From positions 12,351,175-12,411,174 of the forward strand of contig MU056000.1 of the NCBI GenBank assembly GCA_013239625.1: a stretch of 60,000 bases of DNA, given 5' to 3'. Every line of letters starts with the position of its first letter. Position 1 is the first letter of the stretch. The translations under genes were made by a program, and so were the position numbers. Under the pieces are notes generated by a model. That model made no database searches. It was not told the origin of the DNA and worked only from the letters and a program-made list of their open reading frames with translations. Origin of the DNA: Lama guanicoe (lineage: Eukaryota). Positions 46,839 through 59,866 of the stretch are shown here, piece by piece.

Positions 46839-49800
46839 TTTTTATACACTGAATGCTATTTAACTTGGACTTATTTTTTAATCTCTTTTTTGACTGTCTC
46901 AGAATGCATTCAGTGGAATTAAGAAAACACTTGAACATCTTACATTTAAAACTAACAGTCCATCAGACTTTATAGTTATTAACCAATCCATGCCATGCCA
47001 GCAGTAATGCCCTTGATTTGTACAGATGCAGGCAGAATGAAGTCTATTTTACTTAGAACTGGAATTTGGCCTCTAATTACCACCATCCATCCTCAAGGCT
47101 CAGCCTGTGTGGACCCCTTCTTGCTTTGGGGGAGGCAGAGATAAACAGGAGCACGTTGAGTGGGGACTGGCCCATCCCTGGGCAGCATACGGCCTTGGGG
47201 AGATGACACACATCTCCTTTTAGAAGTTTGCTTTCTTCAACTATATGATTTAAAACCACTGAGCCCCAGCTCACATAGTCTTGGAGAATCTCGGGTAAAC
47301 AACGTCACATTCCTTTACCCTCAACCTGACCAATGACTGTGTAATTCTAAATTCCCACGAGGCGGTGGGTTTGACTTTCTTGGACTCTGCCCATGGTCTG
47401 GAACGAGGTTTCTTTATTTGATAAGTTCTCCGGCTAAAGTTTCAAGGAGACTGGCAATTATTCTCCAGGCAATACTATCTCTTTATCTTAAGAAAAGCTT
47501 TTTGTACCAATTTTTCAATGTTCTGGTTGATCCAAAATATGAGGAGGGGGAGTGTTTGCTGTCAGAGTCTTGTCCTTTATTGGTGGAAAATACAAACAAC
47601 CTATTCAGATCATGAGAAGGATCATAGAGAGTTTCTGAGCCCAAACCCCTTCCTTTTCTCAGACGGGGAGACGGATGCCCAGAGAGGTTAACTGAAGCCA
47701 TAGCAGGTGCTTGCTCTGCACTTGAGGCAGGAACAGGATCCTTGGTTGACTGAATGAAACAGGGTTCCTTCAACATCCTTGCCTGGTTATAAAATTGCCC
47801 TTTAAGTCCCTGATTATGTGCGGAGTCTGTGAGCTCGGCTGAGTGTTACTGTTCACAAGTGTATCTTTTTACTTAAGGATTAGAAAGTGTGTACCGACTT
47901 AGCCCGGGTGAGCTTTGATCTCGCCCAGGGTCAACGTCGAAAACTGCGTCTTTTATGAAAGGGAAACAGGAAAATCCAGGATGAGATTTCACATACATAT
48001 TTATTCTTCTGATAAGCGTCACATTTCCTCATGCTGTGACTTTCACTTCCCCTGTTAATGATTTGATTGTGTGTCCCTCTCCAGCACGATTTGGGTTTCC
48101 CTGAAACCAGATAAGTAATGAGTCTCAGCCTGACTCAGTCAGTCATTAGATATCTGACTATAGTCTGTAGGTATCAATTTAGTGTCTAACATATCATTCT
48201 TTGTTGGTTACTTCTTTCCCTGAGTTTCACCCCAAAATATAAGCTAAGCTCCTTAAAGGCAACAGGCTTAGCTTAATGTCTTTTACATCATTCATTCTGA
48301 AGAACATTCTTGAAGCTACTTGAAAACCCAAATTGTACACGGTGAGCTGCTTAAAAGTGATCATGGCAAAGCATGAATTTATTGTTTGGGCAAAGATGAA
48401 TTTCCACGTCAGGATGCGTGGAGGCGGATACTCCTACAGTCCCACGAGTTCAAGTTTCCAAGGGATTTCTGTGCACAGATCAAACCTCTCCAAACATTTT
48501 TGTCATCCCTTTCTTGACTCTTTTTCTCCTAGAACCAGTTGTTTGAATTACCAGGGGCTTAATCGTCTCTTAGTAGGCACTAGTTTGGAAATTTCTAGCT
48601 CTTCCTCTGTTCTTCAAAATGGACATACATGTTCTCAAAAGAAACGACCGTGAGCTGGCCAGTGTTTTGTGGACGATGTCCCCGCAAACTCCTATATATT
48701 TGCTGACAGATAATGGACGTTAACCGGGGTGGGAAACTGCCCGGGGCTTGATTCCATGCCATCTGTATCATATTATCGCTTGGCCACTAAGCCTGTGCCC
48801 AGAGAATATTTTCCCCTTGTGGGTGATACGCCTTTAAGACAGAAAACACAAAGGCTTAAAGCCACCAGGCAATTCCAGGAGAAGAGTAACTCCTTTGTTG
48901 TGCTTCTGTTGACACCTCCGTTCTCAGGGTTAATTACACATTTGGTTAATTGGTTTAATTAGTTAATTGGTTTGCAGAGCCGGCCTCCCTGGTGAGAATG
49001 ACAAGACCCAGGAACTGCCAATTCATGCATAGATATGTCTTGTCTTTGCTTGTGGCCGATAACCAGGGCGAACACACTGCTTACTTTAAAGAGTTTGTTT
49101 TGGGGAAATTTACTTCTTGTTTTCCAAAACGGGTTCCCCTTTTCTTTAGGACATAAGCTGAGTAAATGCCAGTTTCCTGCCAATTCCAGAAAAGTCTGCT
49201 CTTCCTCAGCGAGGAAGGAGGTGGGAATGGCAGGTCCCAGGAGCAGGAGGTGTGGTTGTGGAGAAGATGTGGCTGTTGGTTGGGAGGTGATGAATGTCAG
49301 CCGGAGATTTGGAGGCGTCCTCTCCCCTCGGCAGAGAAGACCAGAAAAAGAAATGGGATTTCAGTATGTCAATTCTGAATGCTAGCATTGTCTGAATAAC
49401 CCATGCAAATGAATTCTTTCTAGACTGCTAGTGGAACGAAAGAAAACAAAAACATAATTTTTAACCATAGATTAGTCTTACAGCTACAGACTACCTCTCT
49501 AATCATTTTTAATCCCTTCCATTTTCAATTTGCCTAAAATTGCATTTTTCACAAGATAATGTTATGGATATTGAACAAGTTATTTGCATATCTTGTCTGG
49601 CATCTCGGGGATCAAAGATTAGAGCAGAAAACTCCGGGGTCCTTTTCCATGATGAATTGCACTCACAGTGGAGAGTTGAGGGCTGGTCTCCCCATGCAGA
49701 TCCACTCATGTGGTTCTGAGAGATCTGTAAGGAACGTGGTTAAAGACTTTAAAGTTGGTCTAGATCCCTTTAACTAGAGAATGGAGCGTAATTATCCATT

Positions 49801-50057
49801 TTCGGAATGAGGTTGTTTTGTCCCAACCGGCTCTAAATGTTGGGTTTCTCATTTCAGTCCACAGAATTATAATCTCCTTTGTCAGATTTGCCTAAGAATC
49901 TTCTTTCCTTTCCTCATAATTAGGGAACAATCTTTAATCAAACTTTTCTTTGAACAAGTTTAATGACATCTCATTCCAGCTTTATTGACCAGTGTGGCTA
50001 ATTGATCTTTTTTCTTCCATAATCTTGCTTGATGTGCTTTAAAGGCCATTTATAGCT

Positions 50058-50091
50058 CATTTCATTTCATTTCATTATTTCATTTCATTTT
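50058..50091. repeat. (CATTT)n microsatellite, imperfect
   Basis: read directly. Confidence 0.85.
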
Positions 50092-51410
50092 CTCTTTATT
50101 GCCAAATAATTCTTTTAAAAATGATAATTACTTAAAAAATCCTAGAAGTCATCTAACAGTATTACTATGTGGTTTCTGTTTTTCCTTCTGAATCAGCCTT
50201 TCTATTGCTCCCTACAAATCATACTTTGAGCGACATTTTTCTTCAGATTTGAGGTTTGAAACCCAACCATGAGACCAGCATCCTATAACCAGGGCGGAAG
50301 TCTGTGGCAGAAGTTCTCATGCTTTGCGCTGTGTGTGAAAGTCTTGTTCATACATCCCAATGTCAGAGGCCATTTCCTCTTTTTTTAGGGAGGCTTGGGG
50401 AAGAAAAGCGGGTGGCAACAGTGTCTCACTGATGACTCATGTTCCTGTGTCTGTGAGCCCTGGGTGAATGGCAGGCGGAACTCTCCAGAACAGTGTTCTC
50501 AGGGTGGGCAGCCTTCCTTAGTGGGTCTGATTCCTTCTGCTTTTTTTTTTCCCTTTCTGCCAAATTCTGGCTAGGTGTTCACCCCAGCATCAGACCCTTA
50601 GAAAGGAAACAGGAAATGAGAACAGAACTACTGTAGACCAGACTGGAAGGAACAAAAAAGAAAGAAAGAAAAAAACAAACAAACAAAACAGCAACAACAA
50701 CAAAAATCCTAGAGGGGAGAAGAGGGTGACTGACTGCAGAGAAAGAAATGAGATGCATAGAAACAGCACTGAGAAAAAGGCGAAGGGTCCAGCATTGCAT
50801 TAAAGCAATTACCCTTGTCCTGGTCATACCTGCCTTTGCATTGATGGAAAGGAAATTATTTGGTGTCCAACTCTCAAATGCTTGAGCATTTAGCTCTGTG
50901 GGCCCAGACATGTTTGGTGTGAAAGATGTTTTAATCACCTGCTGACTACTCCTGGCAAAGCCTGTCTCAGTCAGCTCTGTGCAGCAGGGTGGGCTGCACG
51001 TAGGAGGAGGGCGGAGAAGGGAGGAAGCAGGGAGGAGTCCCAGAGAAGGATGAGGTGGTTCTGCTGGGAGTCTCCCCTCTAGGGAAGCCAGCAGCCTGGT
51101 GAGTCAGTGAAGTCCAGCCACGGGTCCAAGTTAATGGGGTTTTAAGGAGAAGGGTCACAGAGAGCAGGAGGTGATGAGGTGATGAGCCCCCTGGGGCCTC
51201 AGGAAAGACAGAGTTACGTGGCTTAGTTTCCTGTTGGCTGCACTGTACTTAACAAAACAGCTAGATGAGCAGGATTCCATGAGAATTAGCCAATATTCCC
51301 GGGCTGCATTTTCACCCTGTAAAATTATCAACTTCAGGTGTAACTGTTGTTAGTTGTAACCTAATCACCTCTCCCGATGAGAAGATTCTTGTTTTCTTGC
51401 CCTTGTCTAA

Positions 51411-52106
51411 TAGTAATGAGAGCTGTCAGTGTCAGCTATAAATTAACATTACATATTTGCCTTGAAGCCAGTCAAATCAGAGATGAGACCGAAACTGAGA
51501 TCACACATGCCCCTGGTTTCCCAATCTGCCAAAGGATGAATGTGGTATTAATCCAAACTGGCTGCCAGGCCACTTTTACTGCGATAGAAAAGAACAGATA
51601 TGACTGCGTATTAGATCTGTTCCTTTGGCTTTAACCCTGTGCCCTGTTTTCTAGGCTTAGCCTTGCTGGCTCTGCACCTTTTGTAAAAGAATGTCGCCTA
51701 TAGCCTGAAATACACAGGAGAGCCCGTTCTCAAAGCTCTGACCTTTAAGGATGGTAACACGTCTGCACTTATGTAGATAACAAGTTGTAGGAAAGTTTTG
51801 CTAGAGATTTTACAGGGGCACCATGACCTGACCCATGTGGATCCACAGCTGTTAGAATAAAGGATTCCAAGAACAAAGAATTCCTGCACCAAGAAGTTTG
51901 CAAGGACCAACCGCACCCCCTCCCCTTTTTAGTATAAAAGAAGCCTGAATTCTGACTTGGGTAACATGGTTCTCCAGGACATTAGTCTGCCATCTTCTCG
52001 GTCTGCCGGCTTCTCAAATAAAGTCGCTATTCCGTGCCCCAACACCTCGTCTCCCGATTTACTAGCCTGTCATGCAGCGAACAGGATGAGTTTGGACTTG
52101 GTAACA
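51411..52106 (+). mobile_element. ERV1-like solo LTR (~700 bp)
   Basis: TATAAAA 51933-51939, AATAAA 52017-52022, 3' end ggtaaca; candidate TSD ctaa (51407-51410, 52107-52110); 5' edge less certain. Confidence 0.75.
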
Positions 52107-52204
52107 CTAACACCTTTAGTTTTTCTTATCTTCCAGTGCATGTGCTCAGTCCTCTACTCAGTGTTGGAGATACTCCTTCGACTACTATGTCTGCCCGCAG
52201 TAGA

Positions 52205-52415
52205 AATCATAGAAGCCAACGCTTACATGTACTTGCTACACACCAAACACTGTTCTAAGCACCACCTAGCACACATATATTCAGTCATTTCCTCCTCCAA
52301 ACTACGAGGAATGTTGTGTTATATTTTCTCATTTTTACAAATAAGGAAACTGAGGCGCAGAAAAGTTAAAGTTGCCCTAGGTCACACACTATGAGGTGGC
52401 TGAGCAGGGACACGG
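52205..52415 (-). mobile_element. MIR SINE
   Basis: cactgttctaagcac...atttttacaaataaggaaactgaggcgcagaaaagttaa...gccctaggtcacac. Confidence 0.85.
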
Positions 52416-52429
52416 GTTGGGGGAATAAT

Positions 52430-53110
52430 GACTAACAAGGAAGATTCCCATCCTGTCTTCAGAATGGTGGCAGTCCCCACGGGCCACCAAACACTGGTTT
52501 GAAGTTGAAATTAAGTGCTGTCATTGCCAGAGCAAATAAAAACACAGCAGAGGCAACCAACTAACCATGGAGGTCAGGCAGGGCTGCCCAGAACAAGTGT
52601 TACACGGGATGTGTCTGCAGGCGGGGTGGGGGTGGCTGCAGAGTGTGTAGCGCAAACAGCCTGCTGAGAACTGAGGATGTCACAGGTGGAAGGATGAAAA
52701 GAAGCTGAATGTGGCTGAGATGTTAAGAACAAGTTGGGGGAGGGATGGTTTGAGGCAGGAGGCAGCAGTACACTGGGGAAGGCCCTGCAGTCCCATTCAA
52801 GAGTGGCTGTTATCCCTGTAGTCTGAGGAAGCCGTCACGAGGTGCCGCGTGAGGAGGTGAATGGCTCGTACTTGGCTGTAGTGGGAGAAATGCATGGGGT
52901 TTAGATTAGAGGCTGAGATCTGAGAAGAGACTCCTTAGTCATGGGGATTTGGACTGGGGCCATGGCCCTGAGAACGGAGAGAAGATGGATTTGAAAGCTA
53001 AGGAAGAGGTAGGGCTAGACTCTCAGGGACACTCCGTGGTTGACCAGAAGCTAAGGATTCGGGCCTGGGCAACTGGCTCAATGGTGGTGCCATGTGCTGA
53101 GGGGAAGAAC
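52430..53110 (-). mobile_element. degraded L2 fragments
   Basis: tgtggctgaga..., gagaacggagagaagatggatttga, ggcctgggcaactggctcaatggtggtgccat. Confidence 0.55.
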
Positions 53111-53129
53111 AGCTCATACACTCTCATTC

Positions 53130-53886
53130 CCTCCCCAGTCTGTCCCCCGCCCCAGCAGTCCTCTCATGTCCCGTGTGGAACCTGGAAGAGTGGGCTTTAA
53201 CCAATGGAGACAGACGACTGGTGGGCTTCTGGAATAGACAGCAGAGCCCTGGAAGGCTTGTGTCAGGGTGATGTTGGTACCCCACCTGGGCGCGCTTTGT
53301 ATGAGAGTGCTGCCCCTGCCCCCCGCTGCATAATTGCTTGAGCGGTCACCTGAGTGATCCTCTCCAAAGAAATGCTCTTGATACTCCAAGACCCCTCCCC
53401 ACCAGACACACATGGGGGGCTGGCCAGCGAACCAACAGAGATGGTGATGAGAAGAGCCGCCTCCTCACTTTCAGGTGGGACCACTCTGTGGTTTGGGTGA
53501 TGTGGAAATTAAGTTAAAATGAGGTCGCTAAGATGGGGCCCTAATCCAATCTGACTGGCGTCCTTATAAGACAAGGAGATTGGGACACGCCAGGGACACC
53601 AGGGATGTGCAAGACAGAGGGGTGACCTAGAGGAGAGGCAGGAAGAGGGAGGCCGTCTGCAAGCCAAGGGGTGAGGCCTCAGGAGAAGCCACAGCTGCCA
53701 ACGCCTTGATCTTGGACTTCTGGCCTCTGTTGTCTAAGCTGCCCGGTCTGTGCTGCTTTGTTACAGCAGCTCTAGGACACTAATACACTCCCTTACCTGT
53801 TCCTCCTGATGAGCCTTCCCCCAATAAACCACAAGCACTGGGACACTGGTCTCAGGCTTGGCCCCTCGGGGATGTGACCCAGGACA
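53130..53886 (+). mobile_element. LTR16-like ERVL LTR interrupted by MLT1B
   Basis: 3' end ttccccaataaaccacaagcac...gtctcaggcttggc...ggggatgtgacccaggaca resembles the LTR16 terminus; left boundary uncertain. Confidence 0.5.
53487..53787 (+). mobile_element. MLT1B solo LTR (internally deleted)
   Basis: aattaagttaaaatgaggtc...ccctaatccaatctgactggcgtccttataaga...ctgcaagccaagg...ccttgatcttggacttctggcctc...actaataca. Confidence 0.9.
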
Positions 53887-54898
53887 CCACAGCACTAGGG
53901 AGAAAATGTTGGGTTGGATTCCAAATGTGTCAGCCCTTTGTGGATTATTTTATTAACTTGTTAGAGGAGGGTGAATGCCCAGGAAACGAGAGGCCGACCA
54001 AGGGTTCCCAGGGTCTGTCTGTTCTGGAGCTGGTCCAGGCTATAGAGGAGGAGTTTCGTCTAAGTTTCATCTAAGACTGAAGTCTCTCTCTTTTTCTCAG
54101 TTGCTCACCCTTCAATGTCTTAAAAAAGTCTAAGTTCAAAATAATGTACAGGTGAATTAATTGATTTCTGGTTAAAGCAGAAAGAAATGATTAAAACCAA
54201 TTTCAGTCTATTAGAACATAGACATCTCTTTAGGTTGCTCGACACCACATGCTTTCCACTTGTCCTTATGACTGTGTACATGGGAGACAAGGGAAGGATC
54301 AGAGCTGGCTGGAAAATGATCTGGGGTCAAATTCGGATTCGGTCAATGTGGGATTTTAAACTCTGCTCTGTCAGCTTCAGGTTGTTTTTTGTTTTTCCTT
54401 AAAAAAAAAAACAAATAAACAGGAAAAACGGAGTCCAAAATGTCTCTTAAGTCCTTCTCCCTTGAATGGTCTCATTATTCTGATGGTGAATCCAGGATAT
54501 TTGGGATGAAGATATGGTTACAGATTCTCGGGTCATCCCCATAGAAAGAGTCTCGCCTCCTTCAGCTGCAGGTGTAGTCACAACCCACCCCACCTTCATT
54601 GGTGAACATCAACTCTTTTCACCTTTCTGTCCTCAATTCCCCTGGCTGGTCCTGCGTGTCAAATAAACCTCTCCGAACAGACTTGGAGTCTGGCTCGGCA
54701 GCATTTATTGAAAACCCATTATGTCCTGTTTACTTATTCTGCAATCAGAGCCTGGACGTTTCTGATACCCACTAATGGGAAAGTTCTGGCCAAAGAGGAA
54801 TCGATTGTTCTGGTCCTGTCCTGTCCCATGATATCACACAGCCATCGTGGAGCACAGCTGCAAGCTTTTGTCCCCCTAGTAGCTACGTGGTTAACCCT

Positions 54899-54942
54899 GA
54901 GAGAGAGAGAAAAAGAGAGAGAAAGGGAGGGAGGGAGAGAGA
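54899..54942. repeat. GA-rich purine tract
   Basis: gagagagagaaaaagagagagaaagggagggagggagagag. Confidence 0.85.
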
Positions 54943-56059
54943 GTTGGGTGTTGGTTTTATTAGCTTGAGACACTTTAAGCCGTGTTTTTGAGGAACTGTC
55001 AAAATCCCCAAAGTACGCCTTCCAGCGTGCAGTTTATTTTCTTAAGCCTCTGCTGACAGGAAACTGACCAAGAGACCCGGGAGGTGTCTGAAACATCACA
55101 AGAATGAAGTCTTCTTGCTTTTGTCCAGCAGAGCGGTTCCCTCACAGGTCCCTACAAGCAGTGCGGTCAGCCCGATTCCAAGCGGCTTGAGGCGTGACTC
55201 ATGAAAACATATCCATATGCGGATTAGATGCACTCGGTTTTTTGTTTCAATGCACGATGTCAACAGTGAAAGCGATTGTAGATTTTTTAAAAGCAGAGAC
55301 TTGCCAGAGACCAGTAACTCCTAAAGAGTGAACTCCCACGCCCCATTTGCCTCATGCATTTTTGTGTTGTCACAGTATCAAACTGAGCTTGGCACACTGG
55401 GCCATGAATGAAGAACGTGATGGGTAACAAACGTGGCCCTGAGGCTCGAATCCTGGTTCATGTTTCAGCTGGCGGAGCAATATTAATCCTGCCTCTTGCA
55501 ACTGGCCGCGGGTTAAGTGAGACGTGAAACCAGCTCCTCAGCCAGCCCCGGGTGAAGCCAGGGCTCCACGGCCCTGGTTCATTTCTTCATTATACCTACC
55601 GCCTTCACAAAGGATCCCGTACGTTCCGGGGGGCATTTATTGTTTGTTGCACCAACTCTGTGCATCTTATTTATAAACGATCCCACTGCCTAGAGTCTCA
55701 GACACACATAGCTGGACAAGAATAAATTTCTGTTGGAATGAATGTATAAATGAACACGTGAGCACAGAAGGTGTACAGATATCACCGAGTTAATATATAT
55801 TGAGAAAGTCATCTGTGCACGGTATGGTGAGACTCTGTAAAAGAACCAGATTCTGTTTATAAGAATGTATAACCTTCCTGGAAGCAAGAACCAAACCCCG
55901 ACATCCCCTCCGGCCTTCACTCTCCCATCTCACGGACTTGCATCCCTCAGTCCACGGTCAGCAGGCCCTGCCAGCTACCTCCTGGAGTGAAAACGGATTC
56001 ACATGTACTATTCAGCATGTATGCAGTTCTAACAAATGATACAACAAATCCATGGTGAC

Positions 56060-56250
56060 CTAACAGTGGTTGCTTTCTTGGGTAAGGAGGGGTTGGATTT
56101 GACTAGAGAGGGGCATGAGGGAACTTGCTGGGGTGTTGAAAAGGTTTTAGAACTTGATCAGAGTGGTGGTTTACATGCGTGTATGCGACTGTCAAATCCC
56201 ACTGAAATACAGATGTGTGCATTTCACGATATTTGAATTATGCCTCAATT
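56060..56250 (+). mobile_element. L1MC/ME 3' end
   Basis: cagtggttgc...tgactagagaggggcatgagggaact...cttgatcagagtggtggtttacatg...tgtgcatttcac...aattatgcctcaat. Confidence 0.8.
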
Positions 56251-56549
56251 CATTAATAAGTGGACAATGTTTGAGATGAGATATTTTGGCAATGATTTCT
56301 ATCCAAGCACACGTGCTCCCTGTTAGATCTTAGTTTGCCCCTGACCAGATCCCGTGTCCTGTGGTCTCCCCTCCCCTCCAGCACTGACATGGGGACATGG
56401 GGCAGGTGAGTGTATGGGTGGGGGATCAGTTCTTAGGAACTGTTGAAACATCTTTGGTTGGTTTGTATTACCAAAGTGGGCAGAATAGATGTTATTTATC
56501 CAAAGAGGTGGTGGTTTGCACCTTGCCTGAAGTTAAGGACCTTAATCTT

Positions 56550-56870
56550 TCAAGAAACTGAGACCCAGATGAATCAAGCAATCTTCCCTAAAGTCATACA
56601 ATCAACCGGTTCAGAACTGAGTTTAACTCAGACTAAGTCACTCACCCCACATCCAGTTTTCTTTCCATCATAGTGTGTGGAGCAGAAAAATCTTTTCCTT
56701 AGTCCAACCTATGCTCCTGTCCTTGATCTGTTGTGTTATTATCTGTATGAATTCAAAATGGTTCACTTACTATCTCCAGGCCTCAGCTTCCACATCTATA
56801 AAATGGAGACACAGGACTTATCTGTGCTTAGGACTAAAACAATGTCTATCAACACGAGTTGCTTAGTAAC
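56550..56870. mobile_element. two MIR fragments in opposite orientation
   Basis: agaaactgagacccaga...cctaaagtcataca (minus), then gcctcagcttccacatctataaaatggag (plus). Confidence 0.65.
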
Positions 56871-59849
56871 TGCCAGCCCCGCCTCCTTCTGACCCTGTTC
56901 ATGACTAATTCTCCATACTTCCTGCTCATACTCAGGCCCCTGGTATATTTATTCACAAGGTTACAATATAATGAATCAGTTCTTTAAGTAAATATTTTTC
57001 TTCATGAGAATTAATAACCCTAAGTAGAGTCTGAAAAATTCCCTGAGCCGCTTTTCTCCCAAGCCCAGCAAGCTCTAGATCCAATAAGAAAATAAATCCC
57101 AAGAACATGACAAGCTACGAACTATTGCAAAGAAATCAGACGCCTTTTGTGAAAAAATGAAGCAGGTGAAAAGGTAAAAACACTTGAATTTCTAGTAGAC
57201 TTTCTGTCATCTTTGGCAAACCCTTTCACTTCCCTGTGCCTATTAAAGAATCTCTCAAGGTAAAAATGGACGTTTCTCTTGCAAAGTGGAGCCCCCCTAG
57301 GAAGAAATAATGATTACTTTCTCCATTTAAATACCTTTTAGGGAAATGTTGGGATCCGGCATCGGACTGTCATGTGGTCCCTCAGGTGACCTTGGGGACG
57401 TTCCCATCCTGACTGTCTGTTACCTGAAGGGGCCCAAAGGGACCCCTGCTGTTCGGACAGGGATGCGTTCATCCTGCTGCCCGGCCTCCTCTTCGCTGTG
57501 CACAAGCCCTGGCCCCGCTTCCCTCCCCGTCGATTCCAACCCTGGCAACAGCTCTTCAGAAGGTTGGCTAGGCAACTATAAGCACAAATGGCCCCAAACA
57601 AAAAAGGTCCTGTAGACTTTAAGGAAGGAAAGCAAGCAGTCCAGAATGGCGTGATTGATACCCCCGCGGCCCTCTCTTCCCACCGTGCGAGGCCTTGGCT
57701 CGGGGGACAGGGCCGGTGGAGAAAGCCACGCACCAGAGGGCCCCAGCATCCTCACGGCACTCTGTGCAGCTGCAGGTCTGGCCCACGGGGATCTGATTTT
57801 ATGCCCGAAGACGTGGCTTACACAGTGTTCAGCGCCCCTGCAGCAGGTGCTTCAATGGCTGGTATTTTTTCATTTCACCACGGACTCAGTAAGCGGAAAG
57901 AAATCACATACCACACACAGGAACACGCAAAACAAACATGCTCATCAAATCCCCATGAAAGTCAGGCCAAGCTGGGAAACAAGCTCCCACCTTCCTCACT
58001 TACAGGGACTGAACCTGGCTGGGGAACTTGAACGTTCCCTTGGAAATGCCAAACATCAGAACTCTGCTCCTTCTGGGCTCATCTCTCAAACTGTGTGCCT
58101 CTGGGAGTGCCCAGTGGATTTATGTTAGTCATATCCTGACGCTTCAAAAAAAGTCACATCCTGTAGATTCTAGTGAGACTCAGCTTCGTCCTTAGCACAC
58201 ACGACTCCTTCGAATCCCATGGGCAAAGAATTTGACTTAAGGGCGCTGTTTTTCCAGGAAGACCCAATGCTTATTGGGCTGTGCCTATTACAAACTGCGT
58301 CTTAGATTGAAGTTAGTAACAGATGAGCTTTAGAAATTACATAGCCAAGGTAACGCAGTGTGCTTGCTTTATTTCAAACAGCGAGCAACTGGTATATGGC
58401 CAAGAGGTCAGGTCACAGAACCGGGATGGCAGAGGGATGAGGGCCTCAAACCTGGAGCTCGAAGTGCTAGTTGGGTGTCCTTTGCACAGGCCACAGAGTT
58501 TGCTTTTAGGAAATGTGCTTTTTAAACCTGACCTTGCTTCTCCAAAGCAAATCTTGGTCATGTTTCCCGGAGGCCCATCTGACTGCCTTAACTCCCAGCG
58601 CATAAGATGGGGGCAGTGTTGGAAGTGAACCAGCCTCTCTCTGCTCCCCTCCAGGCAAGGCTCAGCCCCGGCCTCCGTCCCAACCCTCCTCATGCCTTCC
58701 TCTCTCTTGGCCTCGGGAGGCAGAGCAAGGCCAGACACGGAGAAGGCTGCTGCCACATTCTCACAGAGAAGGGGAACCCAGGGGCAGGGACGGCTCATAT
58801 GGCTCCACCCTAAAAAAAAGATACAGGTGGAGAATATTCATTGATTTGGTTCTCAGTTTTAATTTCTGTTGAAGAAAAAAAAATTCTTTTCAAGTTAAGA
58901 AGAAAATTGTTTTGATGGAAACCTCTTTCAGTTTGGTTCACCAGAAAACCTTGGGGCTGATGATTAGCGAGAAAGACATACCCTTTATTTCGTGCACGTG
59001 CTTTGCAAAACTTTGATAGGTAATGCAGCGAGCTCTGTAAATTGAGCGATGAATCAATTAATGATGACAACTTCTGGCTTAGCAGGGTATCGAGTTTTCA
59101 CTCTATGAGCTGTCATTGGTAGTCAAATAACAGAGGAATGGGACCTAAACTTTAGGAGCGGCATATCTGAGGTGAAGGCAGCCGTAGGCAGGGTTGAGGA
59201 TGAGCTGGTCAAATCCTAAAAGCAAGAACATGCTTCAAAGTCTACAAATCCCTTAAAAGTAGCTTCCTCTTCCAGTGTTCTAGAAACCTGGACTCTAAAC
59301 CCTCTTCTAAAACTTTGGGCTCCATCCCAGGAGCAATATGAGCCCTTCTTCCCAAACACGTCCTTTACCATCAAATGGACTGAAATCTATAAACAGGGGT
59401 TGGCATGGGCGTGGGGGTTTACTTAGGGAAATCCATTTTCGAGCAGGACAGAATTATCTTAAATAATGAATAAGGGGCCACTGGTGGCAGAAGGCTTACT
59501 GAACCACGGCAGTATGCTGAGCTCGATATGTTAATAATAAAATGAACAAAAATAAAGACGGTGCTTGGCTCTGCTTCATTCACCAACTGGGAAATGAAAT
59601 CATGAACGTGCTTTGTAAGTGGCTGGCTAGCTTCCATCAGGTAGAATGCCAAGTTTAAAAATAGGAAACCAAGCTTTGAAGTATATACCACAGAGGTTCT
59701 TCAGTAAATTCCATGTTTTTCAAAACTGTAGAGTCACTCAAGTCTTGGTATTTGGACGGGGCTCTGGGTTTTCAACTCTTTTTTTCCCCCTTGTGAGAAG
59801 TTTGTAAATTCCAAATGGAAGACATGGTTTTCACTACCATGAACGAAAG

Positions 59850-59866
59850 AAGCCCTCTAGTGGTCA
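59850..59866 (-). promoter_or_regulatory. candidate CTCF site
   Basis: minus strand TGACCACTAGAGGGCTT contains the core CCACTAGAGGGC; motif match only. Confidence 0.45.
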
